Source: Eledone cirrhosa (lineage: Eukaryota). From it: a stretch of 64,000 nt of DNA. Location of the stretch: NCBI GenBank assembly GCA_964016885.1, contig OZ024745.1, forward strand, positions 32,984,001 to 33,048,000, read 5' to 3'. The notes under the pieces were generated by a model. That model did no database searches. It saw nothing but the letters and a program-made list of their open reading frames with translations, and was not told where the DNA came from. The position numbers were made by a program, and so were the translations under genes. Shown in pieces: positions 24,388 through 36,060 of this stretch. The stretch's first letter is position 1. Each line of letters starts with the position of its first letter.

Positions 24388-24420
24388 CGAAAAGGCTGAA
24401 GTCAGTCCAATACCGGAAGT
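24388..24420 (-). promoter_or_regulatory. TCT (polypyrimidine initiator) promoter with ETS/GABP-type site
   Basis: Minus strand ACTTCCGG (24420-24413) about 20 nt upstream of CCTTTTC, which matches YC+1TYTYY. This arrangement is typical of ribosomal-protein and snoRNA host genes. Confidence 0.6.
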
Positions 24421-26476
24421 TGAAAATTTAGGCGCAAACTATGAAATATTTAAAATATAAAAGAGAAAATAATAATTTCTTCAAAGAAATATATAAACCT
24501 ATATTGTAATTAAATATGTTTTTTAAAATATTACAAGTATTTATAGTGCATAATAAAATATAATGATTTAATTTCAGAAAATCAAACTTAAATTATTTTG
24601 TTTCATACTAGTCAGGACTTCTAAAACTACTTCCGGAATTCTGTTCTAGCAAGCTGCTGCTGCTGCTTTTTGTCGTCAATATCATTGTCCCTAGGTTATC
24701 CATTAGGTTCTATGACAGATTGCTCTCCCCTCTCCTTCTCATCTCAAAATCTTGCGATTTTTAAACTTTCATTTCATTTTAACACCAACGTTAGAAATTA
24801 TAAATTAAAAGGGAAATAATTTAACAATGCTCTTAAAACAAGATAAAATAACTTTCACAAAATTTGAATCCATTTAATGTAACAATTATAAAAAAAATAT
24901 TCATTCTCTTGTATTTAGTGCAGAAAAATTTACTTTGACTAAGTATGATAAAAATTTGCGTTAATTTCCTCAGATATTAGAGACATCGACATTTAAGACG
25001 GAACTACTCTTTCTTAAGAATCATTTATTTCCTCAACGGGACATAAATATTCATAATATATGTTTACACTCAATAGTCAATAATGTTTTTATCATATAGA
25101 TCTATATATTGCTTTTATTTTTCATGAATAGAAAGAGAAAGTGATCATTCACTTCGTACTACGTAGGTACTTCCGGTTTACCCCTCCACGTCGTTTTCCT
25201 TAATAATTCATTTCGTTTTTTGCAGCCAACGTTGTAAGTGGAATTCTCTTTTAATTTTGTGAAGAGACGCAAAATAAATACGTCAAGGAAGGACTTACAT
25301 TTTGATTTGTTATATTTCCCTATATAATTACTGAGTAATTTTTCTTTATTTAATTTCAGAACTACAAGTCAACATTCACGTGAAGGTGTCAATCGTCATA
25401 ACAGTTAGCTTTAATCTCATTGCGGAGAAATGTATCTTCATCTTACATTAAACCTCGTGGCTTAGTGGTTAGGATGTCCGCTCACAGTCTTAGGTTCCAT
25501 TCAGTGAGGCACGTTGTGTCCTGCAGGACATTTTATTTTACTTTGCTCCACTCCACTTATCTAACAAAAATAGGTCTTACCTGTAACTCCCTTAGAACAT
25601 AGTTTGGATATACTTGTCAGTGGAATGCTCGGGTACCTTTTACGTTAATTTCACGAGCCAACTTCTTATGCAGATATAACCTCATCCTGTAGACTAGCAT
25701 AACTTGAATACAGTCATCTACAGGGCAACTCAAAACTAAGGCCTCTCTGCACATGATCACTTTATATATGGTAGCCCTTTCGTAGTTAAAATTGCACGTA
25801 AAAATAGAAGTCACAACTTCGATACACATTTAAGGTACTGTTCACGAATGTGAGACCCTGTAATTACTACACACATTTAATATCTTAAAAGCCCCTCCAA
25901 ATTATAGACAAACCTTCACTTTACCAACGTCTCTGACACACCGATATCCTGTTTCATCTATATCTCTTCTACCACTACACAGAGCCAATGCGATCTGCTA
26001 GATATAGCAGCCAAATTTCTCTCCAATCACATTCAATTAATTAATGATCTATTTGGGGGAATTATTTATTTCATAGTTATGTAAAATTGTTCGAGTATTT
26101 TAATTTAAGTAGAAACCCTTTAAAATTAGTCATTTTGTTTCACAGCCATGATAGTATCAAAAGCGTTAAGATCACAGTTGGAGTGTCTGGTCTTTCCTCT
26201 CCATAACCAACTCTCAGTGCCAAAAGTAGAAACAATTATTTTTATTATTATCGCACCTATCCGAGATAGGTTTCTCCATCCGAGTTCAAAACACCAATCT
26301 CAGAGACGGGGTTAATACAAATTTACCGTTTTCTTTACATTTTATAGAAGTTTAAGCTGAACATCATCACACAGAACATTTATTTGTGTGTGGTTTACGC
26401 CCGTTTTTTACTCTATATATACATAGGACTAGATGTATAAAAATACAGTTGTTGCTACTAAAATATTTCTACTCGT

Positions 26477-26613
26477 TGCAATTCTGTTCGAGCAGTCTTC
26501 ATTTGTTGAATGACTGTGTATATTGATTGCTATATTATATTAGGCAAGGTTTTATACACTTATTGATGTATAATGTTATGTACTTTGTATTTTGTATAGA
26601 CCTTGCCACAGTC
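26477..26613 (+). ncRNA. Paralogous H/ACA snoRNA copy (diverged or pseudogene)
   Basis: Reverse-complement homologue of 23707-23835. Both hairpins, H box ATATTA and ACA-GTC are retained; pocket sequences are changed. Confidence 0.65.
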
Positions 26614-26683
26614 GTAGTCGTCGTTATATGTCTGTACTTTGTGTAAATATTTAAACAATGTATCATATATTATCTAGTTGTTA

Positions 26684-27115
26684 TACCAGGTTGAGTCAAA
26701 ATATTTTTCGGATTTCCGCTGATAGTTTTTGGCAACTTGTATCTCCATATATCATTAATACAACTTGTCCAATCGTTGCTAAATTATTTACTCCTTATTT
26801 TACAGGAGCCGTTTTACTCTACCTGTGGTAAAAAGAGCTGAGTGCAAGGGCAGTGGCAAAATATATTAATGATGTGGATGGTTCAAGAACTGTCAAAGAG
26901 CGCATGGCACAAAACTGGTTCACACGTTTCAGGGAAGTTGACACCAGTCTCGAAGACAGACCAAGATCAGGGGGACCATCTGTTGTGAAAGATTAGGCCT
27001 TGCTTGAAACGGCCAACCACGAACGCTCGTACATTGTCGGTAGAACTTGATCCTTCACAAAGCATCATCAATCAACATCTCAATAAACTCAGCCTTGAGA
27101 ACAGACGCTGATACT
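26684..27115 (+). mobile_element. Mariner transposon 5' remnant
   Basis: TA-CCAGGTTGAGTC TIR-like start. Translation 'RTVKERMAQNWFTRFREVDTSLEDRPRSGGP' is a mariner helix-turn-helix region, with an in-frame stop. Confidence 0.75.
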
Positions 27116-27442
27116 CCTAGAGGCAGTTCCATAGTCTAAATTGTTTCTACTACTGCGCCGTTGAAGTACTGTATTTATTGTTTGTGGTTGTCACTAGAGA
27201 TATATTTTATGGGGGTTTCTTTCTACTCATGTTGGTGTGTTTATATATGTATGCTGATAACAAATAAGTACCCAGTCCATCCTGTATGGTGGTGGTGTTG
27301 GTGACACAAATAGCATCCAATCCACTCTGTAAGCTGATCATATTTGTCTCATGACAAAAAGCACCTAGTCTACCCTGTTAGATGGTGACACGATAAATAA
27401 ATACCCAATCCACCCTGTAAATGCGCTTGGCATTAGGAAGGG

Positions 27443-28181
27443 GGCGATATCCAATTTTAGTGGACTAAATGCTGCTTACGTGCTGTAGTTGCTGTTTACT
27501 TCAATGTATGAGGCTATTCCAACAAATTTACATTCCCCCTTTTTTTTAGCCGTTAAAAGAAATATAGATTTTTTTTTGCGATTTATTTGCCACTGGGGCA
27601 TAGATTTCTTTATTTGCCCCTTTTTTGTTTGTTTGTTTTTTTGGCGATTTATTAGCCTTTTGGGGTCACACACACCCCCGTAGAAAGTGTGCGACCTTTC
27701 TGCCAGGGAGTACATAGAGAGGGGGGGTGCTCCCTTCTCTTACCTGTACAAGCCGATATAGAGAGATGGCCCACTTACACGGACAATTATTGCTACTTTC
27801 ACCCGAAAAAGGCACTCAGTCCCAGCCAATTCCATGAAAGATGGGTAAAAGTAGCAATAATGGCCCGTGTAAGTGGGCCATCTCTCTATATCGGCTTGTA
27901 CAGGTAAGAGAAGAAGGGAGCACCCCCCTCTCTCTGTGCTCCCTGGCAGAAAGGTCGCACACTTTCTACGGGGGCGTGTGTGACCCCAAAAGGCTAATAA
28001 ATCGCAAAAAAAGGGGCAAATAAAGAAATCTATGCCCCAGTGGCAAATAAATCGCAAAAAAATAAAAATAAATAAATCTATATTTCTTTTAACGGCTAAA
28101 AAAAGGGGGAATGTAAATTTGTTGGAATAGCCTCATACATTGAAGTAAGCGGCATTTAGACAGCTAAAATTGGATATCGCC
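27443..28181. mobile_element. 739-bp foldback (fully palindromic) non-autonomous DNA transposon
   Basis: Termini GGCGATATCCAATTTTAG / CTAAAATTGGATATCGCC; arms pair to the centre (~27800-27845); 8-bp TSD AGGAAGGG (27435-27442, 28182-28189) within a retroposon tail. Confidence 0.9.
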
Positions 28182-28457
28182 AGGAAGGGCATCCAGCCAT
28201 GAAAACCAAGCGAGAAACAGTCATGTATGAGCAAGACAGTCACCTGATCTGATTTGTCTTACAATGGGGCAACTCATCTAACCCATGCTGGCGTAGAAAA
28301 TAGATGTTAAACAGTGATGATGATTCTCACCAACAAAGTATTAGCTTGCTTCTAATGAGATATTATTATAGTCCTTTTGTTAGTTTTGCTGCAGCTATCT
28401 ATCAAGTACTATACCCCAGGAATTGTTACTGGGGTTTAGTATTTCTAGTACTCTGTT

Positions 28458-28557
28458 GAAGAGTATTATAATATATTGAACTTATTGTTTGCAGTTTCCA
28501 ATAGAGAAATGTTCTATGAAGGTCACCTTCCTTTATTGATACATTTAACTACTCTTC
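28458..28557 (+). pseudogene. U14 snoRNA pseudogene (paralogue of copy F)
   Basis: TGAACTTATTGTTTGCAGTTTCCAATAGAGAAATGTTCTATGAAGGTCACCTTCCTTT. Boxes C and D are lost. The downstream flank resembles the copy-F flank (..TATT.CCGGATAG.CTT..). Confidence 0.8.
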
Positions 28558-28615
28558 CATAGTTGTATTACCGGATAGGCTTGATGTGAACATGTTTGGT
28601 GTAAGATTCTTTTTT

Positions 28616-31044
28616 AGGTTCTCAACGGGGGGGGCATATGCACCCCCAGGGGGCGTTTGGAGATTTGGAGTGCACTGGAAGGCTCTTTACTTTGGTAAGT
28701 TTTATAAGCCATATTTGTATGTCTTTGAGACAGCCAGTGTGAATGCATTTGAATGAGCATGCAGACAGCATAACTATGGTCTGACCGCAGGTGTGCAGGC
28801 CTGTTTAGACATTAACCGGCAATTGAGATCCTAACAATGGAAAATCCCACAGTCAACTGGGTCAAGGACACTTCAATCGCAGCCAGTTAGAATCTTGTTT
28901 TTCCTTCACCGATAACAATGTATTTCATGTCTGAAATTATTGACTCTACCGTAACGAGTTAACACTATGTAGATCTATTTTATTTCCTATTGTATAAATA
29001 ATATTACAAATAAAAAAAAGAAGAAAAAACACAGAAGTGGGTAGCACACACATCTAGGACCACATACAACACATAAGCAGGTAATACACACATCTAGGAC
29101 TATATGCAACACATAAGGAGGTAGCACACACATCTAGGACCACATACAACACACAGGCAAGTAATACATACATTTAGGACCACATACAACACAGGCAGGT
29201 AATACAAACATCTAGGACCACATACAACACATAATCAGGTAATACATACATCTAGGACCACATGCAATACATAAGCAGGTAATACATCTAGGACTACCTA
29301 CAACACACAGGCAGGTAATACATACATCTAGGACCAAATACAACACATTGTATCGTGCTACGGACGACGCAATGGTCAGCCAACATAAGGGTTTCGTCAC
29401 TCTTCTGAAGAGAGAAAATCTATCTGTATTTGTTGTTCATTGTGTCATTCATCGACAACACTTGGCTGTGAAGAAACTCAGCAAGCCACTGAGCAAGTCC
29501 TTGCAGGTGGCCCTTGATGTCATCAATTTGATCAAACGGCATTCCCTATGAACGAATTTTCCGGCAACTGTGCCAAGATAATGACAAAGAATTCGTCAAA
29601 TTGTTCCTTCATAATGAAGTGAGGTGGCTTTCAAAGGGAAACTGCCTTACTCACTTCTTTGAACTGTTTGACTCTATTATTGAGTTTCTGCGAGGACGCA
29701 ACACAGAACTGTACAAGAAAACCCTCGATGTGAGGCAAAACTGCGCCTACCTCACCGACATCGTCAACAAATGCAATAGCATCATTTTGGCTTTGCAGGG
29801 GAAGAAGATCATCTTGCTTAAAGCAAGGAATGCTGTGAAAACATTTCTGGCCAAATTGAATGTCATCGAAAGGAATCTTTGTTGACGAGAATTCTATAAT
29901 TTTCCTAGTGTCGCCAATGTTCAAAACATTGTAAGCGATGACCAACTCCAAATTTATACCGCTCACCTCCGTGCGCTACAAGACAACAAGGAGAGAACGG
30001 TTTGTCGACCTTTTGCCGATGGACATCCCAATGTGGGTAGCAGATCCCTTCACACCTAACGTCGATGATTTGGACGTTATATTTCAGGAAGAATTCATTG
30101 AACTTCAAGCAGATGACATGATCAAAATTAGATTTCCCAAAATAGGTGAACCCCTTTTTGGATGCAAGAGGAAATTCAGCGTCGATTTCCACACCTACAT
30201 GCAGAGGTTAAGAGATTTGCTCTGCCTTTTCCAAGCTCATACTTAGTCAAGAGGAGGTTTAGTGCGGTTTCCAGACTGCACAGTAAGGCTCGCAACCGCT
30301 ACAATGTAATTACATGTGGAGATCTCCGGCTACATCTTACAAAAAATCCAGCCTCACGTCAAAGAGTTAGCTAGACTCCATAAAGTTCAAGGGTCCCATT
30401 GAAATGAGGTCAAAGTTAAAGTAAGTTGATTTATCCGAAAACTTAGATATGCTATTGTTACAAAGCAAACTAACAATTTTTTATATTTGAAGTTGCAGTC
30501 TGACTGGACTGGAAACCATCTACTACAATTCACTTACTCATTTGTTGTATATATTTTACCATTTACTAATAAATATACCCTCCCGCGTGGTCATGAAAAC
30601 CCTCTTCCGTGGTCTCTAAGCTCACAAAGCAGAGGGGACATCAAGTTAGATATCAACATTTATTCTGTCCATTTCATTAAAGGGAAAATTGGAAAGCTTT
30701 GAAATGATATAATTGCCACTTTCTTCTAGATAAGAGCACTCTTTGGATAGACAGAGTTGCTCTTGTATAAATGTTCAAAATAGTTGGTATCGTTGGTGGG
30801 AATATAACAAATTCAACTGGTCCTTATTCATAAAAAAGAACATTTATGTTCCTTTTTTTGAAATTTATATATTTCCCTTCAAGGAATATATTTATACTCT
30901 CAGCTGCCTGCAATGGTATCTTTGGAATATTGTTAATCAATTTTTTAGTAATCTACAGATATCAAAATCAGTAGTATATTGAAAAATGGGGGAGGGGGCG
31001 TTTCGTGATTTCGAGGTTTGGCCTAAATGGGTTGAGAACCTGTG
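28616..31044 (+). mobile_element. Degenerate hAT (Buster/Charlie-type) DNA transposon
   Basis: TIR-like AGGTTCTCAAC / GTTGAGAACCT. Transposase fragments 'HCVIHRQHL', 'HNEVRWLSKGNCL' and 'LPFPSSYLVKRRFSAV' at 29350-30400, with frameshifts and stops. Confidence 0.85.
29039..29348. repeat. ~38-40-bp minisatellite, ~8 copies
   Basis: Unit GGTAATACACACATCTAGGACCACATACAACACATAAGCA, inside the hAT element. Confidence 0.9.
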
Positions 31045-31243
31045 ATGTAGATCATAGCTTCCACATATATACAAAATGATGGTTGATATGTTTCATATTT
31101 ATCAGTAATATTCTCTATGCTGCTATTACTGCTCTGCTGGTATCGACATTTTGCCATTTATTCTCAATACTATTTCCACACCATTGATAGATTTCACTTT
31201 TCATTATAACATTTCAAAGAGAAAGGAATAAGATTTATTGATA

Positions 31244-31336
31244 TCAGCTATTGAACCCATTTGTTCGTGGTTTCCACCAAAGGAATGTTCTATGATCACC
31301 TTCATATCTTTGATGTTTAAATTCACTCCAGCTGTC
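31244..31336 (+). pseudogene. U14 snoRNA pseudogene (paralogue of copy B)
   Basis: TTGAACCCATTTGTTCGTGGTTTCCACCAAAGGAATGTTCTATGATCACCTTC. Box C is deleted and box D mutated. Upstream flank ~31075-31225 is homologous to the reverse complement of ~20230-20365. Confidence 0.8.
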
Positions 31337-33235
31337 AATTGTCAATATTTTTGCCCCTCTTTTTGTTCACCTTATTAAATTAGGTGTTTTTAGTGATGGC
31401 TGGATAGGTCTTTGATAGAACTTTCAGCTGTCTTTTTGATTATGACACAGCATGAAAAATGAGTGATGATATTGTGGTCATCATTGACTGGATGACTTAC
31501 TTTTGAATACACACAATGTGTGTCTGATTGTGAGGCCTAGTATTAATTTACTATTGTTTAATGTTAAGAAATATCAAAATCATTTTCCATCCCTCCACAG
31601 TCCAAGTCTTTATTCATTTTACTATCCTAGATGTTTGAAGAATAACATCTCACTTGTGTTCCATGGCAGGGCTGTACAGAATGTACTGGGTGTGTTTTAT
31701 CACAGTACCAGCACTAGAGAGGGTTATCGCATCCCTGACTTACCTTGTCTCTATTTGCCAACCATGTATTTTAAATTGCCATGTTCCCTTAAAAACTAAA
31801 AACTTTACCTTGTGGAATTGGTGATGGTAAGTAATAGTGATAGATGTCAATGATGAGTTTCATGGAGAATGGTGACAAACGGTTAATAGAAAAATTGAAT
31901 GTGGGCTGACCAAATTAAATGCCATCCCATGATATGTAGGCAGTAAATAGAGGAGAGCAGTAGATGGAGATTTGACAAGAATGTACTGGCCAAAAGATCG
32001 AATGTAGATATATATCCAAACCTCCATCCCCCACCACCATTTTAATTTTTGCCATGCTTCCTTCCACCAGTAAGGGAGTTTCTCCAGCTTCGCATGTCAC
32101 CACTCATCATGGTTCTTTAACATCTTTGTGATGTTGAGTTTTTCAAATCAATCCTAAGTCTCCTTTTTGCACAGGTTTCAAACACTTGGCACTTTCTACA
32201 TACATCACATGCCAGTATTAACAGTCTTCTCTTCTTCCACACAACTAATTCCTCTTGTATCCAGTAGTTTAACCCAGTATGGAGATTCCAGTTAAATCTT
32301 TAACAACTAAACTAACCTTCCTGTTTGTCAACATGAAATATTAGGCTGTTAATTAGTTCTATAAATTTAGTATTAATTTAACCGTTTAGCATTTTCATTA
32401 GTCTCTATTTACTATTGTATTTTCACAGTAAATACTTTATCTCACATAATATCAAATTTTTGAGATTTTGAGAACAATGCCTTAACATCGTATGAGTGGC
32501 CGGTTACAGCCAGTTTGAACAGAAAGAGGTGAGGGAATTCTGGCTGGATACAGCAGGTTTGAATGCTAAAGGGTTAAGGCAGATTTTATTTGGCGTACTT
32601 GTTTGTTTTTCTATGGTGACTTGATTGGCATCTTCTAGTCTTCGAGAAATGGCCCGAGACCTAATTTATAAGTTATCCTCAGTGATATTGCTATCAAAGT
32701 TGTTCCTATGTACATAGGTTGAAGCGTACTAAGAGTATGCACCACTTTGCCCCTATGCTCTTACACTCCCACCCTACACTGTAAATTGGTCATTTTGGTG
32801 CCACAACAAAAAGCACCCAGTCCACACTGTAAATGCGGTTGGCATAGGAAGGGCATCCAGCCATAGAAACCAAGCCAGAAACAGTTCTGTGAGCAAAATA
32901 TATCACCTGGCCTAACTTGTCTCAAGTGGGACAATTCGTCTAACCCGTGATAGCATGGAAAATGGACATTAAACGATGAACGAGCAGCTTGTTGGCACCA
33001 CAGTGATTCACACCAGTAATTTCTCATAGTGAATGTTACTACCCCTTGGAGATGCTGGGAATCTCAGTGATACTAAAAAGTAGCAGAGTGTGGTAAAGGA
33101 GGAAAAAGTCGAAGATGTAGTAGTTACTCGTAAAATCTGCCACCTTTAGTTATTCAATAAATCTTTTATTTTTTTTAAAATTCAATTTATCAACTTGTTG
33201 GGTAGTCAAACGATATATATTCTCTTTAGAGAAAT

Positions 33236-36060
33236 TATCATCATCATTTTGGCACTTCTTAACCCATCGGTCATCCTCCATGCGCATCATATGTCCATAC
33301 CATCGCAGTCTCCTCTCTCGCACACTACAATCTATCCCTCTCAACACATCCATGCTCGGTTGTTCACGCACATTAACATTGTACATCCAACAGAGCATGT
33401 TTGCCTCATTTCTCTCCAGCCATTGCCTATCCTCTGCAGTTGCTGCCCATGTCTCACTACCATGCAGCATCGCGCTCCTCACACAGGCATCATATAACCA
33501 GCCTTTCGTACGCAGGAAGAAACCCTTCGTCAGCAGAGGAAGCAGCTCCCTTAACTTCTTCCAACCCGTCCTTATTCTAGATACTATGGCCTCAGAACAC
33601 CCCCTTCCCATGCTAATCTGATCTCCGGAAGCTATCAACCACTTCTATAGCACCCACCTGCATTTGAAAAATGTGTCTATCAATGCGACTTCTACTGTCT
33701 AATTTCCCTGTACATCTACTGCATACGTATTTCTCCCTACCTGTTAGTTTGCCTGCTATCTCACTACATCTCTTGTGTACCCAAGATCTGCATTGTGTGC
33801 ATTTTATAGAATTTATGCCATTTCCTTTTCTGATAATCGAACATGGCCATTTCCCTGACGGAAAGTTTTGTCCTCTTTTCTACTCTTTTGTCTTAGCGAG
33901 GTTCACTCTCAGTCCTCTTGATTCCAACTGCTGTTTCCATAGCCAGAATTTATTCTTTAGCTCCTCTACTGATTCTGCTATAAGAACCAGATCATCAGCA
34001 TAGAGAAGTTCCCATGGACAGCCAGTCTTAAACTCCTCTGTTATAGCTTGGAGGACTATAATGAACAAGAGTGGACTGAGGACCGAACCCTGATGTACTC
34101 CTACTTGTATCTGGAATTCCTCACTAAACTCCATTCCTACCCTCACTTTACTGACAACACCTCTGTACAAAGTTTGCACTGTCCTCACAAGCCATTCCTC
34201 AATACCCAGCCTCCTTAGGGACCACCAGATGACAGATCAGAGTACCCTATCAAAGGCCTTCTCTTGGTCAACAAAAGCTAAGTATAGTGGCTTATTCTTC
34301 TCTAAGAACCTCCCTTGTAATTGTCTCACCAAGAAGAGGGCATCTGTTGTACTTTTCCCAGGCACAAAACCAAACTGCATCTCATCTAGTTTGACCCTTT
34401 CTCTAATTAGTTGAGCTAATATCCTTTCTGCCACTTTCATAACCTGATCCATCAGTTTTATACTTCTATAATTGCTCCTCTCCAGAGCATCCCCTTTACC
34501 TTTGTAGCAATTTATGAGAATACTACTGCACCAGTCTTTGGGTATGACACCGCCATATATAGCCTGATTGATGATGCGTGCAACCAGTTTAGTACCTACA
34601 TCCCCTGATGCCTTCAGCATGTCAGCAACTATCCCCAACGGCCCAGCAGCCTTACCATTTTTCATTTCCTTAATCGCCTCTTGGACCCTATATTCAACAA
34701 TCTCAATAGCTGATCCCTCTGTTGGATCTACTGAGGTTAATTTCTCTCTCCCATTCGTCAGTCTCTCATAATGACATTTCCAGGCCTCCTTTTTCTAATC
34801 ATTTGTGATACTAAGTACACCGACATCATTCCGGGCACATTTATCTCCAACAACATACTAATTTGCATTGACACACTGCCTTGCAATGTGGAACACTGCA
34901 CGTCTGTGATCTTCCCATCGCAGAACATTGGCAAACCTCCTACTCTCAGCCTCCCTGCGTGCTAAGTACACCTGACGTCTAGCTGCTCTCTTAGCGGCTG
35001 TATATCCTTCTCTACTCCCACCCTTTTTCCAAGCCTTCCATGCTAGTCTTTTGTCTCTAATGGCCCTATCTACCGTGCTGTTCCACCACCAGGTCACTGT
35101 CTGGTTGGAGCTCTGCTCCAGCCACAAGTTTCATCAGTAGCCTGCAGTAAGTTGTCACATAAGAAATTCCTGTTATCATTTATGTCATACGTCTCTAAAT
35201 CGTCTTCTTTTTCGTCATGCACATCTTGAAGGGCTTTCCTAAATTTGTATTTTAGTGAAAGGTCTTTTAGCTTCCAGACCTTTCTTCTCCACACCTTGTA
35301 TGTCTCATTCCGTCTCTTGCTTACTGAAATATCACTAACGACTAACCTATGCTGTGGGGTACATTCTTCCCCAAGGTATGCCTTGGTATTGGACACCACC
35401 TGCCTGTCCCGCTGCCTAACTAGTAAGAAGTCAATCTGGCTTATGTGCTCGCCTTATTTGTAGGTTATTAGGTGGTTGGCAGGTTTCTGGAAGTTAGTGT
35501 TGCAAATGGTTAGTGTACTTGCATCACAAAATTCAAGAATTATCACTCCATTTCTTGATCCATAACCGTGCCCACCATGTACCCCAGTGTAACCATCCTG
35601 GAGCTGTCCAACATGACCATTGAAGTCCCCTGCTAGCATAACAATGTCTCCGTCCTCTGTCATTGCAGCTGTTTGTAAAAGTTGCTCATAAAAGCAGTCT
35701 TTCTTTTCTTTACCCAGGCCTGGGGAGCATAGGCAGAGATGATTGTCAGTAGTCTCCTGCCTACAACTAATCTAAGCTTAATTATTCTATTATTAACTCA
35801 AACTACCTCTATTGTCTTATCAATCCATCTCTCAGCCAGGAAAATGCCTATCCCCCCTAACCCATCATCCTTACCTACCCAGAAAAGCTTATAACTAAGA
35901 TGTTTGCCTGTGATTAGTCTCGCAGAAGCACCTCTCCATCTCACCTCTTGCACGCAGCACACATCCACATGCCTTCTTTCCAGCATCTCCGCTATTTCAC
36001 CAGATCTACCTGTGAGAGTGCTAACATTAAGTGTTGCAACTCTGAGCCACAATACGTAAT
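33236..36060 (-). mobile_element. RTE-clade LINE, near-complete ORF region but frameshifted
   Basis: APE endonuclease motifs 'ATLNV', 'VQEVRW', 'GDFNGHVG'; RT motifs 'QFGFVPGKSTTDA', 'GVHQGSVLSPLLF', 'LYADD'; C-terminal 'RRLRWYGH'. Confidence 0.92.

Larger units (their letters stand above)
19500..24394 (-). ncRNA. Putative non-coding multi-snoRNA host gene (UHG/SNHG-like); 3' end not determinable
   Basis: TCT/5'TOP start CCTTTTC at ~24394; 35-nt exon 1 ending at a GTAAGT donor (24359); further short GT/AG-bounded segments with no consistent ORF; nine same-strand snoRNAs downstream. Confidence 0.7.
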
